Positions 27,441 through 35,962 of a DNA stretch of 51,484 nucleotides are shown here, piece by piece. Both the position numbers and the translations under genes were made by a program. The stretch spans positions 1 to 51,484 of IMG/VR virus record IMGVR_UViG_3300047409_000125, one strand, 5' to 3'. Each line of letters starts with the position of its first letter. The first letter of the stretch is position 1. Below the pieces are notes generated by a model that did not search any database, was not told the origin of the DNA, and was given only the letters and a program-made list of their open reading frames with translations. This DNA is from a virus. Lineage: Duplodnaviria; Caudoviricetes.

Positions 27441-29711
27441 ATGACACGGACAGAACTCGTCAGGCTGGCGCGCGACCTGTACACAACGCACGGCCTGATG
27501 CCTGTTCCGGTCGCTGGCAAGGTTCCGCTTGGTGGCATGGGCTGGAACCAGCTGCCGATTGATGCACGCCTTGCCATCGCAGCCAGCGAAAGCTGCACCG
27601 GCATCGGCATGCAGATGGGATTGATCTTTCATCCCGTGCTGGGACCGAAGGAAGCGAGAACAATAGACTGCGATATAGACGACCGGCAAAAAAGCATGCT
27701 TTTTGCTGGTACCCTGAACAACTACTTCCACCCTACGCATTGGCGTTGGGGCAGGCGACCGGCCACGCTGGTGTTCACTGATCCCGGTGTCATCAAGCGT
27801 GAGAAGTTTGGTGACGTGCAGTTGCTGGGCAGCGGCAAGCAGGTTGTCTACTGGGGCGACTACCTGAACAAGTTGCCATTGCTGACTGACCCCCGCGAAT
27901 ACTGGATGGAAGGCACATCAATCTTTGATCTGATGCCGCCAGTGGTGCCCGCAGGCGTGCTGCAATCGGCACTGGAAGCCGGGGTAACCGCCGCTGGTTA
28001 TACAACGCAGTCAAGGCAAATTGAAGCCGCTCCGCTCAGTGCGGATGATCTGGCGATGCTGAACGGCGATATCCTCAATCAGTTCCGTTCCGACATGCAA
28101 AGCATGCTGGACGACATAGACCGGTCGCCAACAGGCTCTGGCCGGGGCACCAAGCTGCACCGGCTGGGCATCAAGTACGGTGCGCTGATCAAGGCCAGCG
28201 GCAACGCACCGGCACTGGTGGACGCGGCACGCATCTCACCGGACTTCGTGGACTACGCGCCCATCAGCAACCCGGTGCTGGCCGAAATAGGACAGATGGC
28301 TGAAGATGCCTTTGCGCTGCTGCCGGGTTCGTTGGGTCAGGGTGACAGACGTGATTTCGCACGCGGTGTAGGCGCATCGATGGGGCTGGCGCAAGGCGTG
28401 GAGGTTCGCAAGGCGAAGACCCCTTTATTACTGCCCACTGGGCGCGACCACCCCGGTCAGACCGTCCATGACCTGATGCTGGAAAATCTTCCACCGTTGA
28501 AATTTCTGGTGGACAGGTACCTGACCGACAGCGGTTGCGTCATCCTCGCAGGTAAGCCAAAGATAGGCAAAGGGTGGATTGTTCTTGAACTGGGGATGTG
28601 CATCGCTGAAGGAAGCCAGTTCTGGGACCGGCAATGTACCCAAGGCGAAGTCCTGATGTACATGCTTGAGGACAACAAGCGCCGGGTGAGAGAGCGCATC
28701 CGCATCCTGCGGCCAGCTGGTTTCAATCCTTCATCCAAGATGCGCTTCCGCTATTCGGCAGACGGTCCCTTCTTCATCGATAGCGACGGTACCGGCACGT
28801 TGCTGGATGACATGCGCAAGCACATGACCGACTTTCCAGCCATCCGGTTCATCGTGGTTGACGTGCTGCAACGGGTTCGCGGCAAGGTCGAGCGTTCGGA
28901 CAACGCCTATCAGATCGACTACAAGGTGATTGGTGCGCTACAGAAATTCGCAGCCGGGTTCAGCGTGATGATTTTGGTTGTGCATCACGTCAAAAAGGGT
29001 AGAGTGGATGACGCTATCGATAGCGTTAACGGTTCATTTGGCGTGGCTGGTGCGGCTGACGGCGCTATCATTATCGGCAGGGAAGGCGGCATAGTACGGA
29101 TCGAAAGCAGGATGCGCGACATTCCCGATTTCGAATTTGATCTGATAAAGGAAAATGGAAGCCCAATGTGGAAGCCTGCACAAACCGTGGAAGAACTGCT
29201 TGGACCGACTGAAGGTACCAAGACGCAAGCCGTGATGCTGGCGCTGCACGCCGCTGCATGCTGCCTGACAGCTGGCGATCTTGGCGTTCGAACCGGTATC
29301 AGCGAAAAGAATGCTGCGACCTATCTGGTCCGCTTGATGAAGACCAATCAGGTATCGCGACCGTCGCGCGGCTGGTACATGGCTGTCGGACTGCCATATC
29401 GCGAACGGATCAAGGGGGTTATTGACGTACTGAAACGAATGCCCAAGACCGTGGCAACCGCCGACATCAAGGCCAAGTACGGACCCAACGTCGCACCACT
29501 TGAAGCTACCTACATGATCCTGACCCCTGTGGCGATCAAGGAAATCGAGGCTGGCTTCGTTGACGGCAAGGACTGCCTGAACAGCCTGAAGTTTCGTGGT
29601 CTGGCCGTATTTAATAGCGACACCACTTGGCTGATTGGCGATGACTGGGAACCAGCACAGCCGGTCATGAAAGAAAACCCGTTTGCTCAACAGAGGATGC
29701 CTTGGCAATGA
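27441..29711 (+). CDS. Primase-polymerase (PrimPol-like) fused to a RepA/AAA_25-type helicase
   Basis: PVPVAGKVP..GIG..IDCD N-domain; GKPKIGKG Walker A, FIVVD Walker B, VHHVKKG. Confidence 0.8.
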   Translation: MTRTELVRLARDLYTTHGLMPVPVAGKVPLGGMGWNQLPIDARLAIAASESCTGIGMQMGLIFHPVLGPKEARTIDCDIDDRQKSMLFAGTLNNYFHPTHWRWGRRPATLVFTDPGVIKREKFGDVQLLGSGKQVVYWGDYLNKLPLLTDPREYWMEGTSIFDLMPPVVPAGVLQSALEAGVTAAGYTTQSRQIEAAPLSADDLAMLNGDILNQFRSDMQSMLDDIDRSPTGSGRGTKLHRLGIKYGALIKASGNAPALVDAARISPDFVDYAPISNPVLAEIGQMAEDAFALLPGSLGQGDRRDFARGVGASMGLAQGVEVRKAKTPLLLPTGRDHPGQTVHDLMLENLPPLKFLVDRYLTDSGCVILAGKPKIGKGWIVLELGMCIAEGSQFWDRQCTQGEVLMYMLEDNKRRVRERIRILRPAGFNPSSKMRFRYSADGPFFIDSDGTGTLLDDMRKHMTDFPAIRFIVVDVLQRVRGKVERSDNAYQIDYKVIGALQKFAAGFSVMILVVHHVKKGRVDDAIDSVNGSFGVAGAADGAIIIGREGGIVRIESRMRDIPDFEFDLIKENGSPMWKPAQTVEELLGPTEGTKTQAVMLALHAAACCLTAGDLGVRTGISEKNAATYLVRLMKTNQVSRPSRGWYMAVGLPYRERIKGVIDVLKRMPKTVATADIKAKYGPNVAPLEATYMILTPVAIKEIEAGFVDGKDCLNSLKFRGLAVFNSDTTWLIGDDWEPAQPVMKENPFAQQRMPWQ

Positions 29712-29842
29712 AAAAGAAAGAAATGGATGAGTGGCTGAAAAAGTTCGCAGCTATCATGGATGACGGCGAAAAAAGCAAAGCATTTAAAAAGTATATCGAA
29801 CAGCGAAAGAAAGAACTCAAAGATGAAGATCACAATTCCTAA
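29708..29842 (+). CDS. Small hypothetical protein, 44 aa
   Basis: Hand-translated MKKKEMDEWLKKF; ATGA overlap. Confidence 0.45.
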   Translation: MKKKEMDEWLKKFAAIMDDGEKSKAFKKYIEQRKKELKDEDHNS

Positions 29843-30254
29843 AATTCTGGCTGGTGGTGTTGGCTTGTTTTCATTGATGTTTGTATTTGCGCTGGTGCGC
29901 GTCGAGACATCGGAGACACGCCAGACCGCAGCGATGCATGAAGTCAAGAAGGCGATTACTGAAGTGATCAACGTGGTCGAAGTGCCTGAAGCCACCAAAA
30001 TCTGGGCATTGAAACGCGGTTACCAGTTGAATGGCAATTCAATGGTGGGACCGACAATTGATCTGACCAAGGAAAGCCCTGACACCAAGGTTATTGAAAC
30101 CATTGTAGTGAAGCCGGATGAACTCAACGAAATCGACAGGGCCATGCCGGTCGAGAAGATACAGGCGCAGACGCCGGTCGAAACCAATGTCTGCACCCGT
30201 CACGGCATGAAGAAAGTCGTCAAGGGCGATAGCTGGCATTGCCGAAGACTTTAG
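29823..30254 (+). CDS. Membrane-anchored hypothetical protein
   Basis: N-terminal TM; C-terminal CTRHGMKKV..SWHC. Confidence 0.6.
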   Translation: MKITIPKILAGGVGLFSLMFVFALVRVETSETRQTAAMHEVKKAITEVINVVEVPEATKIWALKRGYQLNGNSMVGPTIDLTKESPDTKVIETIVVKPDELNEIDRAMPVEKIQAQTPVETNVCTRHGMKKVVKGDSWHCRRL

Positions 30255-30648
30255 CCCTGTGAACCTTGCACCATGATCCGTTGTTTACTGCCGGGCCGCC
30301 ACAATAGAAACCACCGCGTTTTTCGACCGGCCACAGTGGAAACCTGCAATCGCCATCGCGCAGTTCGTAAATGGTCAACTTCATGCCGGGAATGCGTTTC
30401 TTGACGACCGGTGTGATTGCGGCCATCACTTCTTTCTTCAATCGCGGCTGCACCATGTTCTTGCGCGCCCTTATACCCAGTCGTCTTCCCCTTCCGATAC
30501 AGCTACCCTTGGTAAACGTTACGCCAAATCTGTCGGTCATGATCTTGGCGATCTTGGTGTATGACACACCCGGATTTTCTTCGACCAGCTTCTTCAGTTC
30601 TTCGTCAGCCTCTGTGGTCCAGATAATTCCATTGTTGTTCTTCCGCAT
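30220..30648 (-). CDS. gcrA: GcrA-family cell-cycle regulator
   Basis: WT...LKKL..S...IA...TKGSCIGRGRRLG and LTIYEL...CRFP...FYCG...SWC..H. Confidence 0.85.
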   Translation of the reverse strand: MRKNNNGIIWTTEADEELKKLVEENPGVSYTKIAKIMTDRFGVTFTKGSCIGRGRRLGIRARKNMVQPRLKKEVMAAITPVVKKRIPGMKLTIYELRDGDCRFPLWPVEKRGGFYCGGPAVNNGSWCKVHRAKVFGNASYRP

Positions 30649-30651
30649 CTG

Positions 30652-30680
30652 TTGACTTCCCTTTTCCGATAGCGTATCCG
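30652..30680 (+). promoter_or_regulatory. Sigma70-type promoter with CGATAGCG box
   Basis: TTGACT-17-TATCCG. Confidence 0.5.
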
Positions 30681-30706
30681 ATAACTGTTAACAACAGGGG
30701 GGTACG

Positions 30707-30916
30707 GTGTCAATATCGGAAATCATCTATACAGTCGTGAGAGAAGACGGTATCTACGAAGTGCTGAGAGTAGACGGTACCCACAACTACGTAGTTGTTC
30801 AAACCAACATCCGGACAAAAGAGAAGGCAATCGAAGCATGCAGGACATGGCAACAGAGACAGACAGAAAGCCATACGACTTCGCTACTATCGGAGAACAA
30901 ATCGCAGCAGCCCTGA
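30707..30916 (+). CDS. Hypothetical protein
   Basis: 69 aa, GTG start. Confidence 0.45.
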   Translation: MSISEIIYTVVREDGIYEVLRVDGTHNYVVVQTNIRTKEKAIEACRTWQQRQTESHTTSLLSENKSQQP

Positions 30917-31098
30917 TCGAAGCCGCTGAAAATCAGGTGACCGCAGCTAACAACGTGCTGGCGAATGCCACAGTCGTTGCTGACGGCATCCGGGCGCAAA
31001 TTAAAAACCAGTCGGACTTGCTGGACAACGCCAACTCTCGTTTGATGTTGTTTAGCGATAGCGTCACTCAAGCCTACAATAAGTTCAACGGCGAATAA
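30838..31098 (+). CDS. Hypothetical coiled-coil protein
   Basis: 86 aa, TAATG coupling to the next gene. Confidence 0.6.
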   Translation: MQDMATETDRKPYDFATIGEQIAAALIEAAENQVTAANNVLANATVVADGIRAQIKNQSDLLDNANSRLMLFSDSVTQAYNKFNGE

Positions 31099-31355
31099 TG
31101 TACCCTTGGGAACGGCCCAAGCCATTTGACTACGTTGCTTTCATGAATACGCATATCCGCGTATCTGTTACTGTCAACGGCATGCTGAAAGGTTTGTTTG
31201 CTGTACTGGATGACGGTACTGATATGAACGTCAGTACCGTCATGCCAGACGGCACACCGCTTGTTTTCAAGGTTGAGGGACACCCCCGGACCACAGACCC
31301 GATAATGACACCAGTCCAGCTGGTAAACTATGTGTTGACAGGTAATAAGCGATAG
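31098..31355 (+). CDS. Hypothetical protein
   Basis: 85 aa. Confidence 0.55.
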   Translation: MYPWERPKPFDYVAFMNTHIRVSVTVNGMLKGLFAVLDDGTDMNVSTVMPDGTPLVFKVEGHPRTTDPIMTPVQLVNYVLTGNKR

Positions 31356-31363
31356 CGTATACG
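31335..31363 (+). promoter_or_regulatory. Sigma70-type promoter with CGATAGCG box
   Basis: TTGACA-17-TATACG; ATG 6 nt downstream (possibly leaderless). Confidence 0.6.
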
Positions 31364-31369
31364 TAAACC

Positions 31370-31585
31370 ATGAAATTTTATCGTGTCTCAAAATCAACTG
31401 ACGGCGGCAACAGTGCCGGATTTGAGTTTTTCACTGCAAAGTCAGATGCTGAAAAAGAAATGCGGCAATTTCTTCGTGACGATCCTACAGAATTTTCACG
31501 CATTGACGTAATTGAAATCACGCCAACCAGAACCGGGATATTGCGTGCGTTAAAACTTTATGCCAGCCATGCCGACAATGGTTAA
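31370..31585 (+). CDS. Hypothetical protein
   Basis: 71 aa. Confidence 0.55.
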   Translation: MKFYRVSKSTDGGNSAGFEFFTAKSDAEKEMRQFLRDDPTEFSRIDVIEITPTRTGILRALKLYASHADNG

Positions 31586-31588
31586 ACC

Positions 31589-33193
31589 ATGAACCAGAAA
31601 ATGATCCTCCGAAACCACCAGACTGATTGCATAGACACCCTCTATGCCTATCCGGAGAAATACGCTGTTGCGGAAGTGAGTGTTGCTGGTGGCAAGTCCC
31701 TGATCCTTGGATCGCTCGCCAGCTACAACACTGGTCGAACGCTGATCCTAGCCCACAACAAGGAACTGGTGATCCAGAATGCCGAAGCCTGCCGACAGGT
31801 AGGTTTGAAACCCGGCATCTGTTCGGCCAGCATTGCCAAGAACGTGTACCGGCAGGTTACGGTGGGTACCGTGCAAACGGTGGTGCGTCGAACCAAGTGG
31901 TTTCAGGACGTAACGATGATCTTGGTTGACGAGGTGCATCGCACCCCGATCAACAAGACTTCAAGCTATCGACAGGTATTTGAAGCCATACCGGGTGCGA
32001 AGGTGCGTGGCCTGACAGGGACCGCGTTCCGCGCCGATGGGACCGGATCGTTGGAGAAGACATTCGGTCCCATCATCTTTAAGTACTCGTTTCTTGACGC
32101 GCTACAGGATGGCTACGTCAAGCCGCTGATCCCGGCCTATACAGACGGCAAGGCTGAAATCGACGTTGATGGCTTGAAGGTCGTTGGCGAAGACTACGAC
32201 CTTGAGGAACAGGCCAGCAGGGCGATAGCACTGTCGCCAGTTCATTCCAAGGCCATCGTCCAGACCATGGAACGGCAGCGTCGAAAGTGCGTGCTGGTGT
32301 TTGCCTGCAATATTGCACATGCCGATACGCTGGAAGAAAAGCTGAACAAGCTTGGTGTTGAAGCCGCAGCTGTTCACAGTCATTCACCCAAGGGCAAGCG
32401 CGACAAGATGGTCGCCAAGTTCAGGGCGCGCGAACTGCCCATCATGATATCGGTCGCGATGTTCGACACTGGTTTCAACGTTCCTGACGTTGACATGCTG
32501 GCATACTGTCGCGCCACCAAGTCTCCGGTGTTCTTTGCCCAGTCACTGGGTCGAGGCGCAAGGATTACGCCACATGCGCAGAACTGCGCCGTGCTTGACT
32601 TCGGCGGCAACGTCGCTCGCCATGGCTCGCTGGATCAGATCGCAGCTGCACCCGGTGCGACACTGGTTTGCGATGACTGCAACACCGGATGGGAGACGTG
32701 GGAACATGGAAGAACGTGTCCTAGATGTCAACGAGTTCACCAAAGCGCAACTAAATGCAAAGGGTGTACCGAACGGTTTGATCAACATTTCCACGGTGCT
32801 GTGTGCCCTCATTGCGGATTGCGACAAACGTCCGTTAAATCGTGTAACGCTTGTAATGGAATATACGCAACGTGGCTGCATCCGATTTGTCCTCACTGTG
32901 GATATGACAATACCAGCGTCCAGAAAGCAGGCAAAGACCTGACTGAGACCGGTGCCAACCACGAACTGATCAACGTCACCGACATCATCAAAGCCAACCC
33001 GTGGCAGGACATTTACGAACCGCCATTCAAGTACGGCACCACTTGGCAAGTGCCGACGAAGTATGCCACGGTGATCTGGCCCTATGCAGTGTTGCCAAGC
33101 GATATCGTTAGCGTATACTTGCTCAAGACAGCGAACGGACGCATAACGATCAAGGGCTGGTATGACCGGACTGGCAAGGTGCATCAGATATGA
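31589..33193 (+). CDS. SF2 DEAD/DEAH helicase (RadD/YejH-like) with C-terminal zinc ribbons
   Basis: GGKS, DEVH, TGT, TGFNVPD, QSLGRGAR; six CxxC. Confidence 0.9.
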   Translation: MNQKMILRNHQTDCIDTLYAYPEKYAVAEVSVAGGKSLILGSLASYNTGRTLILAHNKELVIQNAEACRQVGLKPGICSASIAKNVYRQVTVGTVQTVVRRTKWFQDVTMILVDEVHRTPINKTSSYRQVFEAIPGAKVRGLTGTAFRADGTGSLEKTFGPIIFKYSFLDALQDGYVKPLIPAYTDGKAEIDVDGLKVVGEDYDLEEQASRAIALSPVHSKAIVQTMERQRRKCVLVFACNIAHADTLEEKLNKLGVEAAAVHSHSPKGKRDKMVAKFRARELPIMISVAMFDTGFNVPDVDMLAYCRATKSPVFFAQSLGRGARITPHAQNCAVLDFGGNVARHGSLDQIAAAPGATLVCDDCNTGWETWEHGRTCPRCQRVHQSATKCKGCTERFDQHFHGAVCPHCGLRQTSVKSCNACNGIYATWLHPICPHCGYDNTSVQKAGKDLTETGANHELINVTDIIKANPWQDIYEPPFKYGTTWQVPTKYATVIWPYAVLPSDIVSVYLLKTANGRITIKGWYDRTGKVHQI

Positions 33194-33393
33194 GTACGCT
33201 CAGTGTTACTATTGAAGAACTGAAACGAATTGGGCTTCCCTACCAAGTTGAGCACGGGGGCAAGCACATGAAAGTAAAGGCCGCAGGACTACCACTTATC
33301 GTTTGCAGTTTTTCGTGTTCAGACCATCGTGGAGAGATTGAGGCTCGTTCTCTTGTGCGAAGGCTTATCAGACAAAACGGGCTTGGAGGTTAA
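33190..33393 (+). CDS. Small HicA-fold-like protein
   Basis: VEHGGKHMKV...SCSDHRG. Confidence 0.45.
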   Translation: MSTLSVTIEELKRIGLPYQVEHGGKHMKVKAAGLPLIVCSFSCSDHRGEIEARSLVRRLIRQNGLGG

Positions 33394-33394
33394 G

Positions 33395-33835
33395 ATGAAA
33401 ATTACTGTTGAGTTCGATACGTGGGAAGAACTGGAGCAGTTCCGCGTCAGTGGCAAGGCTACCCGGAAGCGCGTCAAGGATGACGAGCCGACCGTGGAGG
33501 AAGTTGCGGAGAAACAGGCGCAGATGCCGCAGCCTGCACCGGCCATCCAGCCGGTCGCAACGCCGCCTGACGTGCAGCAGCACATGCAGTCTGTTGGCTT
33601 CCCCGGTGCCAATGGACAAACTCCCCCAACCCATCCGCTGGTAACCGCAATCCTCGCGAGGATCGACAGTGCCATTGGAAGCGGTCAGCCTGCCGACGCC
33701 ATCGTGACGTGGTTTCGCCAGCAAATTGGACCGGACGCTGCGCAGGCTTCGCTCGACCAGCTAAAGCAGGTATTCATTCCGCGTATGTCGGAAGCGCAGC
33801 TGAAGCAGATCGCTCCGCAGTTGGGTATCGTATAA
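33395..33835 (+). CDS. Hypothetical replication-module protein
   Basis: GGAGG RBS; Pro/Gln linker. Confidence 0.7.
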   Translation: MKITVEFDTWEELEQFRVSGKATRKRVKDDEPTVEEVAEKQAQMPQPAPAIQPVATPPDVQQHMQSVGFPGANGQTPPTHPLVTAILARIDSAIGSGQPADAIVTWFRQQIGPDAAQASLDQLKQVFIPRMSEAQLKQIAPQLGIV

Positions 33836-34854
33836 TGAACGGACACGCCATCTATGCGCCATCATCTGCCTCACGCTGGATGGCGTGTCCGCCGTCTGCC
33901 ACGCTGTCACAAGGCTTGCCCGAACAGACCAATCCGGCTGCATTAGAAGGCAGCCGGGTTCATGCCGTGGTCGAACGCGCATTGCGGACCGGTGAAGAAC
34001 CACCGGCATGGGTGGTACCGGCCAACAAGAACATGCCTGACATCGAAGTGGCACGGTACATCAAGGACTATGTGCGCCAGCTTGGCGGCGGCACGGTGCT
34101 GATCGAAAATCGTGTCTTCCTGACCAAAGGCTGTTGGGGCCAGCTGGACTTCGGTCACGTCGCACCGGAGACGATCACGGTGCTAGACTATAAGAATGGT
34201 GGTTGGGACGTTCAGGCTAAAGACAACAAGCAGATGCTGACTTATGCCGCAACGTTCCTTGACGCTTATCCGCATGTGCAATGGTTTCGGCTTGTGGTGT
34301 TCCAGCCCAACAGCTGGATGAATGGTGTCAATCCGGATCAACAAGATGGCTTCAAGCAGCATGTTCACACCCGTGCCGATGTCGAGCGTCACAAGCAGCT
34401 GGTGCTGGATGCGATATCTTACACCGGACCGCCACGTCCCGGTCCGCAGTGTCGCTGGTGTTCGGCGTTCTCACGATGCCCCGCGATGTCGCAGGACGCG
34501 AACTTTCTGATGGGTGCGATTGCACGCGATCCGCAGATTTTGTTACCTATTGAACTTTTACGCATGCTCCGGATCATCCGTGGCTTATCCGATATGAAAG
34601 AATTGTTAGAGAAAGAACTGACCGACCGGCTAAAGCAAGGTGCCGCCGTGGAAGGCGCTGAATTGAAACCAATGCGTAAATGGCAGGCTTGGAATGATGA
34701 ACGACAGGCAGCCGAAACCCTGTGGCGTCTCACGGGTTCAAAGGGTGTTAAGCCGGTTACCCCGGCGGCGGCGAAAAAGCTTTCGAACGAAGCTGCGCAG
34801 TACGCTGAAATTGCGTCACACAAACCGGAAGTCGAAATGAAAGCGAGTTACTGA
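33835..34854 (+). CDS. Cas4-like PD-(D/E)XK exonuclease (DUF2800-like)
   Basis: HAIYAPSSASRWMACP, GQLD, DYKNG, QMLTYA, CRWC...C. Confidence 0.85.
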   Translation: MNGHAIYAPSSASRWMACPPSATLSQGLPEQTNPAALEGSRVHAVVERALRTGEEPPAWVVPANKNMPDIEVARYIKDYVRQLGGGTVLIENRVFLTKGCWGQLDFGHVAPETITVLDYKNGGWDVQAKDNKQMLTYAATFLDAYPHVQWFRLVVFQPNSWMNGVNPDQQDGFKQHVHTRADVERHKQLVLDAISYTGPPRPGPQCRWCSAFSRCPAMSQDANFLMGAIARDPQILLPIELLRMLRIIRGLSDMKELLEKELTDRLKQGAAVEGAELKPMRKWQAWNDERQAAETLWRLTGSKGVKPVTPAAAKKLSNEAAQYAEIASHKPEVEMKASY

Positions 34855-34855
34855 C

Positions 34856-35005
34856 ATGAGCAATTTCACAGAAACACTGCTGGCTAACGCCGGTAGTGAC
34901 GACATTGATGAAGTCTACGCATGTCTTGTCGAAGCCATCGAGCATATCGAAGAACTGGAAGCATCGCTGGATTGGGTGGCAGAGTACAACGCAAACCCAA
35001 GCTGA
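34856..35005 (+). CDS. Small acidic protein, 49 aa
   Basis: Hand-translated MSNFTETLLANAGSDD... Confidence 0.45.
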   Translation: MSNFTETLLANAGSDDIDEVYACLVEAIEHIEELEASLDWVAEYNANPS

Positions 35006-35124
35006 TGTAGGGAAGTTTCTGGTAAAAATTCCGGGGAAAAAATTTATCGAAGCCTATTGATCGAAGTTCCAGAATATGCAATACCGCTATCGTTGAAACT
35101 CGAAACTTGAACGGAGAAACACGA

Positions 35125-35895
35125 ATGGCACAAGGTCGCGTCTACAAAGCATCCGCAATCTACGACTGCCGCATCGCCGGTCTGCGGTATCTCTGGGAAC
35201 CATCCCGTGAATATCAGGGCAAGCCGGTCGAGAAGCCGAACTATCTTGTCACGGCGCTGATCAAGAAGACCCGCGCGAACTGGTACGAAGAACCGACTTT
35301 AGGTGACTTCGCAAAGTCAGCCAACGAACTTTATCAGGCTGCGATGTCGCACATCCCGTTCCCGCAAGTGGTGTGGCCGGTCAAGGACGGTGATGAACCT
35401 GATGCCACGGGAAAACCCCCGGCAGAGTGGCGCAGGGGCAGCTGGGTCTTGAACGGCTCGTCAACCACTCCGATTGAAGTGTCGATCAATCAGGGTGGCG
35501 TAATCGTCCCGCTGAAGGCACCTGTTGATGTCAAGTCGGGCGATCACGTCATGGTTTCCACGTCCATTGCCGTCAGCGCCCAGAACCCGCGCGGTGTCAA
35601 ATGCTACATCAACAAGGTGGTGTTCATGGGGCCGGGCGAAGAGATTGTCATGGGTAGCTCCGTCAGCACTGCCGAAATGATGGCGAAGGCTAAGGAACAG
35701 GGCATGAACGTGACCGGGTTCAGTGGTGGCGTTGCACCGCAGCAGGGGTTCGGGATGGGTCAGCCAGCACCGTTCCCCGGCAATGGCTCTCAGACGGGCT
35801 TTGCGCCGCCGCCTGTGCAGCCGCCGCAGCAGGGTGGGGGGTTCGCACCTCCCGGTGGTTTTAACGCACCCAGTGGCTTCCCTCCGCGCCAGTAA
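35125..35895 (+). CDS. Single-stranded DNA-binding protein (DUF2815-like)
   Basis: YLWEP..Y..ALI...PVKDGD...GVKCYIN; lies between the nuclease and polA. Confidence 0.75.
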   Translation: MAQGRVYKASAIYDCRIAGLRYLWEPSREYQGKPVEKPNYLVTALIKKTRANWYEEPTLGDFAKSANELYQAAMSHIPFPQVVWPVKDGDEPDATGKPPAEWRRGSWVLNGSSTTPIEVSINQGGVIVPLKAPVDVKSGDHVMVSTSIAVSAQNPRGVKCYINKVVFMGPGEEIVMGSSVSTAEMMAKAKEQGMNVTGFSGGVAPQQGFGMGQPAPFPGNGSQTGFAPPPVQPPQQGGGFAPPGGFNAPSGFPPRQ

Positions 35896-35914
35896 TGGGG
35901 TGAAGGAAGTGGAA

Positions 35915-35954
35915 CCCCTAGTGGACCCAAGCCCAAGCCCCCATCCACTAGGGG
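35915..35954 (+). promoter_or_regulatory. Hairpin sequestering the polA RBS
   Basis: cccctagtgga-N18-tccactagggg, 8 nt before ATG 35963. Confidence 0.5.
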
Positions 35955-35962
35955 CCTACCAC

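Noticed and set aside
33835-34854. Cas4 as part of a CRISPR system
   Set aside because: Ordinary phage nuclease-SSB-PolA module; no array
35723-35962. N-terminal extension of PolA, or an SSB-Pol frameshift fusion
   Set aside because: Recognisable sequence begins at MLFVDLET; no convincing slippery site
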